Positions 26,084-33,364 of a DNA stretch of 38,105 bases are shown one piece after another. The stretch comes from an uncultured Spirochaetia bacterium. GTDB taxonomy: Bacteria; Spirochaetota; UBA6919; CAYPZJ01. Positions within the stretch are counted from its first letter, which is position 1. The number at the start of each line of letters is the position of its first letter. Made by a program: the position numbers and the translations under genes. The notes under the pieces were generated by a model. It was not told the DNA's origin, ran no database searches, and worked only from the letters and a program-made list of their open reading frames with translations. Where the stretch lies: assembly GCA_964414635.1 (NCBI GenBank), contig CAYPZJ010000002.1, forward strand, positions 1-38,105, written 5' to 3'.

Positions 26084-27064
26084 ATGAATGATCTTAAAAT
26101 CGCGATTATCGGTGCAGGTAACTTATCCACCAAACGGATCTATCCGTATATTGGTGCAGCAGGCGCCTACTTGGTTGGGGTTTGCGATCTGGATCAAGAG
26201 CGTGCAGAAACAAATGCACGACGCTTTGGAGGGCATGCCTATACAAACTGGGAACAGATGCTCCAAAAAGAAAAGCCGGATGGCGTGCTGGTTTGTATCA
26301 ATCCTGCCATGCACTATCAATTGGCAAAAGCCCTGCTTCAACTCGGTTATCCGGTGTATACAGAAAAACCACCTGCGGAATCAGCCGAAGACGCATGGGA
26401 AATCGCCCAGCTTGCTCATCAAACAGGGGGCATGTGTACGACAGCATTTAAAAAGCGATATGCCCTTCCCTATGTTCGAGCAAAAACATGGTTACACCAG
26501 TTTGATTCATCCCAGTATTATTCTATTTCGTTGGATTATGCTTCTAGCCAGTATGACAATCAAACGCTCCATCGTTCGTTTTTATTCGATTTTGGAATTC
26601 ACGCTATTGATCTTCTACCGTATTTATTTGGTGAGGTGGAAGCGGTGCATTGCTTTGCTAAAGGGGCTGATGCATACGCTGTATCATTACGGTTTCAAAA
26701 CCAGGCAGTGGGTAGTATGAATCTAACCGATGGACGAAGTTTCGAGCTTCCCACAGAAGAAATGGAACTTACTGTACAAGGTGGAAATTTTATGCGCATC
26801 CACAATTCTTCGTGTTGGCAAATCGCAGAAAATGGGAACGCAGTGGAATGGAGGGAACCTCCTACCTTTGTTTCAGGTGGGGATAGTGGGAATAATACCG
26901 GTCATTTAGCAGAACTGGTTGATTTCATTCAGGCGATCCAAGAGCAGCGCACCACACGATCCAATATTTACGAAAGCTATAAATCCATGGTACTTTATGA
27001 GGCAATTTTACAAAGTGCCACGAGTCAATCACGCATCGATATTACGTATCAGCCATTGGACTAA
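26084..27064 (+). CDS. Gfo/Idh/MocA family NAD(P)-dependent oxidoreductase
   Basis: N-terminal Rossmann motif KIAIIGAGNLSTKR, then the EKPP motif (VYTEKPPAES). The C-terminal alpha/beta domain is present. It starts 3 nt after the previous stop. Confidence 0.9.
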   Translation: MNDLKIAIIGAGNLSTKRIYPYIGAAGAYLVGVCDLDQERAETNARRFGGHAYTNWEQMLQKEKPDGVLVCINPAMHYQLAKALLQLGYPVYTEKPPAESAEDAWEIAQLAHQTGGMCTTAFKKRYALPYVRAKTWLHQFDSSQYYSISLDYASSQYDNQTLHRSFLFDFGIHAIDLLPYLFGEVEAVHCFAKGADAYAVSLRFQNQAVGSMNLTDGRSFELPTEEMELTVQGGNFMRIHNSSCWQIAENGNAVEWREPPTFVSGGDSGNNTGHLAELVDFIQAIQEQRTTRSNIYESYKSMVLYEAILQSATSQSRIDITYQPLD

Positions 27065-27067
27065 TCA

Positions 27068-28492
27068 ATGAAAACACACACATACACGTTATTCTTCCGA
27101 GGAATCGGGATTGGAATCAGCCTGGTGTTGGTATGGTTTTGTAGTACATGTGAACGCCCTCTTGCAAGTACGGCATTTAAACTGGAGCAGGAAACAACCC
27201 TTGTACAACTCCCTTTGGATCCTTTTGCTTCATTGAAGACACAACCCATGCATCCAGCTTTTCAATCCAAGCAAATCACCAGCCAATCGTTTCCTCCATT
27301 ATCATCTGCTACCCTAGATTTGGAAGCATATTCCGATATTACACTCGCCGAATTAACGGGACCAGGGAAAATCACACACCTTTGGTTCGCCGTGGAAAAT
27401 CATGCTCACAAATGGAGCCAGCTGGTGTTGCGTATGTATTGGGATGAGGAGAAACGTCCAAGCGTAGAAGTTCCATTGGGAGATTTTTTTGGGATTGGAA
27501 TGGGATTACAAAAGGAGATGAATAGTACCCCTTTAGTGGTTACTTCTGCTGGGAGATCTCGGCATTGCTATTTTCCCATGCCGTTTAATAACCATGCTCG
27601 CATTACGTTGGAAAACCAAGGGGCTTCAAAGATAAAAGATATATATTTCTGCATCGATGTACAAAAACTACAACACTTACCCGCTCGCACACCATATTTC
27701 CACGCGCATTATCACCAAGCCACCCCCTGCACTCTTGGGGTAGCTTATCCGCTCTGCTTTATCTCTGGAATGGGATATTTTGTTGGTGTGGTCCTCCATG
27801 TTAAGAATACTCAAGGAAAACCATGGGATGAAGGGATCGAACGTTTTTTTATTAATCATGCTCGAGAACCAGCACTAGAAGGCATCGGGTTGGATCATTA
27901 TTTTGGACAAGCCCAAGGATTTACCGTCCTGCAGCATCCCTATTTTGGATGCAATTTCCATGAGGGGAATTTCAAAGGGGCTCGCAGTTGTGTGTATCGT
28001 TTCCATCTTATGGATCCCATTGGATTTTCCAAATCCCTGCGTGTGACATTCGACCATGGGAACAAGAATATTCGAACAGATTATTACTATTCGGTTGCAT
28101 ATTGGTATCAGTTGGAACCCCATCGTCCGTTTCCTCAACTACCCCCATTTAGCCGCCGCTTGGTTTCTCCTCCGACTGTAAAAGAACAAGCGGTGATCGA
28201 TGCATCGGATGCGGCATGGTATTACTATGGAAATCGGCAATGGAAAATGGCAATTATGGCGTTTATGCGGATGAAAGAATTTTTTCCTGAAGAACCTTTC
28301 CCATTGTATAATCTGGCTTGTGTTTTTGCGTTAGATGGACAAGCAGAACAAGCGCTCTATTATCTCGAACAAGCGTATAATAAAGGGTTTACAGATAGTT
28401 CCTACTTGGAACAGGATGTGGATTTCCGATCGATACGCGCTCATCCACGGTATCAGCAATTACTTGATAAAATGGAAGGTGCCATCCCTTAA
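27068..28492 (+). CDS. DUF2961 (CAZy GH172-like) protein with N-terminal membrane anchor and C-terminal TPR-like module
   Basis: GPGKITHLWFAV and RMYWDEEKRPSVEVPLGDFFG are typical DUF2961 signatures. The N-terminal hydrophobic segment is GIGIGISLVLVWFCSTC. The C-terminal approximately 90 aa are TPR-like (YNLACVFALDGQAEQALYYLEQAYNKGF...DVDFRSIRAHPRYQQLL). Confidence 0.75.
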   Translation: MKTHTYTLFFRGIGIGISLVLVWFCSTCERPLASTAFKLEQETTLVQLPLDPFASLKTQPMHPAFQSKQITSQSFPPLSSATLDLEAYSDITLAELTGPGKITHLWFAVENHAHKWSQLVLRMYWDEEKRPSVEVPLGDFFGIGMGLQKEMNSTPLVVTSAGRSRHCYFPMPFNNHARITLENQGASKIKDIYFCIDVQKLQHLPARTPYFHAHYHQATPCTLGVAYPLCFISGMGYFVGVVLHVKNTQGKPWDEGIERFFINHAREPALEGIGLDHYFGQAQGFTVLQHPYFGCNFHEGNFKGARSCVYRFHLMDPIGFSKSLRVTFDHGNKNIRTDYYYSVAYWYQLEPHRPFPQLPPFSRRLVSPPTVKEQAVIDASDAAWYYYGNRQWKMAIMAFMRMKEFFPEEPFPLYNLACVFALDGQAEQALYYLEQAYNKGFTDSSYLEQDVDFRSIRAHPRYQQLLDKMEGAIP

Positions 28493-28508
28493 TGGAATCG
28501 TGTTTGGG

Positions 28509-29927
28509 TTATCCAATTACAGGATTTTCCATGCTTTTTTCCGTTTTGAGCCCCATTAAATTAATGGTTTTCCATTTCCCTTGATAGAACCGGATAATAA
28601 AGGCTAGGGCATAAAAGAAGATCCACCCTGCTAAAACGAACCATGCCTCAATCAATCCACCCCCAAATACATAGACAACCAGGATCAATGGGGGAAGAAA
28701 ACACACATATCCGAGAATCAAACTAGCAACAAGGATAAATTTGGTATCCCCACTTCCTTGTAAAGCGGACATATAGATTATGGTAAATGCATCCAATAGT
28801 GTATACACCGCAATCATACGAAGGATCATCCGCCCGGATTCAATAACCGCTTGGAATTCTTCCGGTGGCATATCTGGTTCTTTAAACATGTACAAGAATA
28901 GTTCCGGTACAAATGCATAAAGGGCAGCAATACTCACCATATAGACAACGGACAATTTTAGTGCGTTGTGGGTGCTTTTTACCGAATGATCCAGCTGTTT
29001 CTTTCCAATATACTTTCCTACCAATATAGAAGCAGCACGCCCCAAACCTACCACCGGCATAAATGCAAGATGATTGATGGCAAATGCAACATTGCTGACA
29101 AACAATTCTACTTTGCCTAGTGAGCCAATAATCAATACAAATATAGTAAAGGCTATCATATCTGAAAACCATTGGAATCCTGCAGGAATCCCGAATTTAA
29201 TCAAGCGAAAAAATTCTTTGGCTCGGAGTTTGATAAACCGATGGGTTTGATGGGATTTCCGGTATCTCTTATTTAAAAAGATACAAAAAAAAATCACCGC
29301 AATGAGCCCCGTAGCGATTACAGTCGCCCATGCGGCACCAGCTAATCCCAACGCGGGGATAGGACCGATCCCATAGATTAACACAATATCCAAACCAATA
29401 TTCGCCGCGTTGCCAATAATATTCACCCACATAGTAATTCGCGCCCGTTCCTGTCCATTAAAAAAGGAACTCAGGGTCATATTCAACGCTGCGATGGGTC
29501 CACCAATCATTAGAATGGAATAATAGATTGTTTCTAATTGAATTAAATCTGCTTCATGTCCAAATGCATGAAACAACACGGGACCAAGCGGAATAAGGGC
29601 TATCATCAGCGGGGCAGAAAATAAGGCAAGGTAAACACCCTGCCATAAATAGATCGTAATCCGTATTGGACGATTGGCTCCGTGGAATTGTGCTACAAAG
29701 GTATTCACATACCCACATGTTCCCATGAATAGTGCCAAAAACGTAAAGGATAGGACGCCACCCGAACCGGCAGCTGCCATGGCATCTTGATCAAACCAGG
29801 AAATCATTAATTGATCTGCAAATCGCATAATCATGAACGATGCATTTGTAACAATGAGCGGAGCGGCAATATAAAAGAGTTCTCGGAAGCTACCGGAAGG
29901 GTAGGGTTTAGGGGTAACAAGCGTCAT
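28509..29927 (-). CDS. MATE family efflux transporter
   Basis: 472 aa, roughly 12 predicted TM segments. Typical N-terminus FRELFYIAAPLIVTNASFMIMRFADQLMISWF. AGGAGAG lies upstream of the ATG. Confidence 0.9.
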   Translation of the reverse strand: MTLVTPKPYPSGSFRELFYIAAPLIVTNASFMIMRFADQLMISWFDQDAMAAAGSGGVLSFTFLALFMGTCGYVNTFVAQFHGANRPIRITIYLWQGVYLALFSAPLMIALIPLGPVLFHAFGHEADLIQLETIYYSILMIGGPIAALNMTLSSFFNGQERARITMWVNIIGNAANIGLDIVLIYGIGPIPALGLAGAAWATVIATGLIAVIFFCIFLNKRYRKSHQTHRFIKLRAKEFFRLIKFGIPAGFQWFSDMIAFTIFVLIIGSLGKVELFVSNVAFAINHLAFMPVVGLGRAASILVGKYIGKKQLDHSVKSTHNALKLSVVYMVSIAALYAFVPELFLYMFKEPDMPPEEFQAVIESGRMILRMIAVYTLLDAFTIIYMSALQGSGDTKFILVASLILGYVCFLPPLILVVYVFGGGLIEAWFVLAGWIFFYALAFIIRFYQGKWKTINLMGLKTEKSMENPVIG

Positions 29928-30059
29928 GATTCTTCTCTCCTGTTACGTCTTGGTATTAAAACCAATCGTAACGTATCCAGCGGTACATCCACAACTGAAG
30001 CGAATCAGCGTGGCTTTTCCCATGCGAAAAGTGAATTTAATGAAGGCGGGATCGCAGGG

Positions 30060-30098
30060 CTAGCGGGTACAGTAGGGCACAAGAAGAATCTTTTTCAT
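30060..30098 (-). CDS. candidate 12-codon leader ORF upstream of the MATE gene (MKKILLVPYCTR)
   Basis: The ATG at 30098 is preceded by GGAG (30109-30106) at a 7-nt spacing. It lies just downstream of a predicted promoter. It is very short, so coding status is uncertain. Confidence 0.25.
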   Translation of the reverse strand: MKKILLVPYCTR

Positions 30099-30120
30099 AG
30101 CTTTTCTCCGTAGCAGCAAT

Positions 30121-30149
30121 AGAATAATGCTTTTTTTCACGGAAGTCAA
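30121..30149 (-). promoter_or_regulatory. sigma70-like promoter for the MATE leader
   Basis: On the minus strand: TTGACT (30149-30144), 17 nt, TATTCT (30126-30121). This implies a leader of about 185 nt. Confidence 0.4.
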
Positions 30150-30192
30150 CTACTCGACTGCCATCATTTCCCATAAAAAAAACAGCTTCCAT

Positions 30193-30220
30193 TTGAAAAA
30201 CCGTACAGAAGCGTTATATT
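30193..30220 (+). promoter_or_regulatory. sigma70-like promoter for the 30302 lipoprotein gene
   Basis: TTGAAA (30193-30198), 16 nt, TATATT (30215-30220). Confidence 0.4.
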
Positions 30221-30301
30221 ATAAATTGGATATGACAAGGTTATGTTACCAGGCTGATTCCCCATTCCAGCCAAGCGGCATAATAACTCGGAGGAACTTG
30301 T

Positions 30302-31669
30302 ATGAATATTTTCGTTAAATTCTTTACACTCATTGCAGCGTTGGTTTTCGCATTTATTTCCATGAATGTGCTTTGCGAACGTGGTGAAGAGGTCCCTGAT
30401 ACCTCATCATCCACAACTAATGGCACTGGTGGTACAACCACGGTAATCCCAACTATTAATGTAGCCCCTGCTGCGTTTACCGTGCGTGCATCCTATGATC
30501 ATGAGATTGCGATTGTGGATATCGGTGAATTCCAAATCGAAAATGTAGGGAATCAGATCGCTCAATTTCAATACATGGGCGTGTTTTTCTATTTAAGTAA
30601 GTCGAATAGTTTTGCCGTTTATTCCGACCTGATGGAGGCAAATTTCGACACCGATCCTGAGAATGACGTGTATTTCTTTGGATATGGGTTTATTGGTGGT
30701 CCCTACTCCAGCAACCCCGATAAAACCATCCTTCCTGAAGGAACGGAAGAATTGGATGACTATGGGATTGGTCAACCCATTCCCGATGCGGTTATCGTAA
30801 ACCGTTATGGATTCCCCAACGGAACCTACTACATGTGGGTGTGGGCAAACATGAATAATGCCGTCCCAGAGACCGATATCAGTGATAATTTCATGGTGTC
30901 GTCCAACCAGATTGAAATCACAGGAAGTGGTGATACGAAAGTAATCATCGACACGAACGATGCGAATCAAACGACGGATACGTTTAGTATGATATTTACG
31001 AATGTCAACGTGGATGGAGATTTTCTATCGATTGCCAATGTTGGGGGAGGAACAAATCCACCTTGTGGGGATGGGACGTTAGGTGAACAGGATGCAGCCA
31101 ATGCCGACGTTCGGAGTGCGGATGAATTTATTGGTGTATCCCCTACGGAACCGGGGTTTTCAGTTTCCATGGGTGGTTTAATGGCGAACTTTCTGGTCAA
31201 TGCGTTTACCTTGTATCAGGATACCTATTTCACGCCGTATTCTGCGACGCAGTATAATTTATTCTCGAATGATGATAATCCCTTTTATGAGGATGAAGAA
31301 GCGGGTACAGCGGGATTAGACCCGAATTCACAGGTAGAACGCTATTTTCCAACGCAAACGATTGTCCATATTCGGTCGCAGTTATCCCCGTTTGGTGAAT
31401 TCTCACCGGGGAAATATGGGATAATTTGGTATCGAGAAGGCGCTACAGTACCCGATTATGGAGAGGATTGTTCGGACACGACCACGGCGTGTAACACACC
31501 TTCAAACAGCAGGTTAGAAAATATTGGTACGAGCGGTTGTGACTTGACAGCGTGGAATACAGCGGATCAAATGGGTTCGGGTGCGGTGGAACTATATGAA
31601 AACGAATGGTACAAACTGGAGTTCCTTTCCCAAGATGATGTAGATTGGTTTTATTTTGTCTATCAATAA
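30302..31669 (+). CDS. secreted lipoprotein with a CARDB-like N-terminal domain (455 aa)
   Basis: Lipobox ISMNVLC followed by a Ser/Thr/Gly linker (SSSTTNGTGGTTT). CARDB-like motifs IENVGNQIAQ and VPETDISDNF. The C-terminus ends in DDVDWFYF, which resembles a pre-peptidase C-terminal-domain motif. GGAGG lies upstream. Confidence 0.7.
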   Translation: MNIFVKFFTLIAALVFAFISMNVLCERGEEVPDTSSSTTNGTGGTTTVIPTINVAPAAFTVRASYDHEIAIVDIGEFQIENVGNQIAQFQYMGVFFYLSKSNSFAVYSDLMEANFDTDPENDVYFFGYGFIGGPYSSNPDKTILPEGTEELDDYGIGQPIPDAVIVNRYGFPNGTYYMWVWANMNNAVPETDISDNFMVSSNQIEITGSGDTKVIIDTNDANQTTDTFSMIFTNVNVDGDFLSIANVGGGTNPPCGDGTLGEQDAANADVRSADEFIGVSPTEPGFSVSMGGLMANFLVNAFTLYQDTYFTPYSATQYNLFSNDDNPFYEDEEAGTAGLDPNSQVERYFPTQTIVHIRSQLSPFGEFSPGKYGIIWYREGATVPDYGEDCSDTTTACNTPSNSRLENIGTSGCDLTAWNTADQMGSGAVELYENEWYKLEFLSQDDVDWFYFVYQ

Positions 31670-31782
31670 GTGTACTTGCTGGTTACAGCGTCAACCATTC
31701 CGTGGTTCTTTTCTCCTTGCAGGATTGGCATGAAATCACATCAGGTTAGTTTGCCTCCTTTCCTGGGTGCTTTGCCAATGCG

Positions 31783-31809
31783 ACTCCCCTGTCAAGATGG
31801 CAGGGGAGT
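31783..31809 (+). terminator. GC-rich hairpin between the two secreted-protein genes (possible terminator or attenuator)
   Basis: ACTCCCCTG-tcaagatgg-CAGGGGAGT, a perfect 9-bp stem. GGGGGATTGTTTATATT follows, so there is no immediate U run and terminator function is uncertain. Confidence 0.35.
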
Positions 31810-31832
31810 GGGGGATTGTTTATATTAATCCT

Positions 31833-32870
31833 ATGCGACAAATCGGTTTTACATTACTACTCTTTTTAGGACTTCCCGCCCTCCTCTTTGCTGATTTTTA
31901 CGACTCCAGCTTAGAAGATCCAATCTATTATGCACATTGGAATGAGGAACAGGGAGAATTTACACAATCCCTTTCAGATCCCGATTTAGACACGCTTCCT
32001 GAATTGTATTTAGTTCAGTTAAACGATGGTGTTCCATACCGTGCTGAACATTATCTTCGAGATTTTATTACCCACGTTTTTCAACGTACGCGGCTTATGG
32101 AGTTTGATGAAACTGGCACCCTATTAAAGGAAACAGTTTATGTTACAGGGTTAGGGCAGACGTTAGGACCGTATACCCTTATGAAACGTTATTACGATGC
32201 GGGGTTGGTTCAACGGAAAGAATATTATAATTTTGATGAGTTAGATGGATACGTTACGTATTCCTATGATACATACAATCGCCTCCTTACCGAGGCAGTT
32301 TTTCAAAAACGATTGGGACAACTAAAACCCAGCCGTATATCAACAGTAGAATATTTTTATAACCCTGATGACACGACCGATTTAAAAGAAACGATGTCCT
32401 ATTATGGAGATCTGAACAATCTGTTGAGTCGACGCATACGTTATTATGAACACTTTGATCCAATCGAACCAGCAGTACCTTCCCGACTGGATCGATGGTT
32501 GTATCCTAATCGTAACGTCGTTAATCCATTACCACCAACCGTTCCCATTCTAGCTCCTCCTTTGGTTACGATCACCTTAAATCACCAGCATTATCGACTA
32601 ACGCGACAAGCGCTTATAAATCACTTAGACCAATTGGTGGTTGAAATTCAGGTTCGGTATAATGATAGCGGGTTAAAACAATGGGAAGGGTATTCCCAAA
32701 ACGGGAAAGATATCTATCGGTATTATGAATTTGATTATGATTCCACAGGTATCCTGACCGAATACCGCCATTTTACGGGTGAAGGACGATTGGAAAGTCG
32801 ATTTGTTCGGAATCGCCATGGAGTCTGGGTCCTATTTGGAGAAACCGATACCGAATCCATTTTATATTAA
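31833..32870 (+). CDS. secreted protein with YD-repeat-like motifs
   Basis: A signal peptide appears if the start is MRQIGFTLLLFLGLPALLFA. YD-like motifs YSYDTYNRLLTE and FDYDSTGILTEY. The track start at 31767 would place the 31783-31809 hairpin inside the CDS and lacks a signal peptide. No clear SD. Confidence 0.6.
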   Translation: MRQIGFTLLLFLGLPALLFADFYDSSLEDPIYYAHWNEEQGEFTQSLSDPDLDTLPELYLVQLNDGVPYRAEHYLRDFITHVFQRTRLMEFDETGTLLKETVYVTGLGQTLGPYTLMKRYYDAGLVQRKEYYNFDELDGYVTYSYDTYNRLLTEAVFQKRLGQLKPSRISTVEYFYNPDDTTDLKETMSYYGDLNNLLSRRIRYYEHFDPIEPAVPSRLDRWLYPNRNVVNPLPPTVPILAPPLVTITLNHQHYRLTRQALINHLDQLVVEIQVRYNDSGLKQWEGYSQNGKDIYRYYEFDYDSTGILTEYRHFTGEGRLESRFVRNRHGVWVLFGETDTESILY

Positions 32871-33364
32871 TTCATACCACTCAACAAAGATCGTTGTTTA
32901 TCCCCTTTTTCAGGCTGTCCAGATTTGGTTCTTAGTTTTCTATACGCCAGTTCCATTTTATCATCCTTTTCCTTCAACTACACTCAGGAAACGGTTTAGG
33001 TAAGCGAAAAACGAGAGATAAAAATGGGTTACTTCAAAACGCTCACCTGTGTTAAATCGATGGGTATTTTGTACAGATTATACGTATTGTTAGTTAAGGG
33101 CAGGTTATATCTATTTTCAAGTGTAAGCGTAAACAATCATACAACCTGCTTCTACATTCTTGGATATGAGTTGTAGAGGTAGGTATCACGCCTGTCCCAT
33201 GAATTTAATCGATCAGATTCATTATTATTCAGCACGCCCCATGAATTACCCCTACTTTAGATTCGAATAAAGATATAACATGCTATAACACGCACCAGAA
33301 TTAAGATATACACGAAGGAAGAAAAAGTACGACGCGAACCGATACTTTTTATTATTTTCCATCC

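Noticed and set aside
29811-30113. A 100-aa plus-strand ORF spanning the MATE start codon and leader.
   Set aside because: It overlaps the MATE N-terminus in antisense, has no SD, and its composition looks like junk. The leader region is better explained by minus-strand features.
31670-31828. The frame of the 455-aa lipoprotein stays open for another 52 codons after its TAA stop, suggesting read-through or a truncated C-terminal domain.
   Set aside because: The read-through peptide (VYLLVTASTIPWFFSPCRIG...) does not resemble the missing part of a PPC domain. It also runs through the GC hairpin. It is most likely chance.
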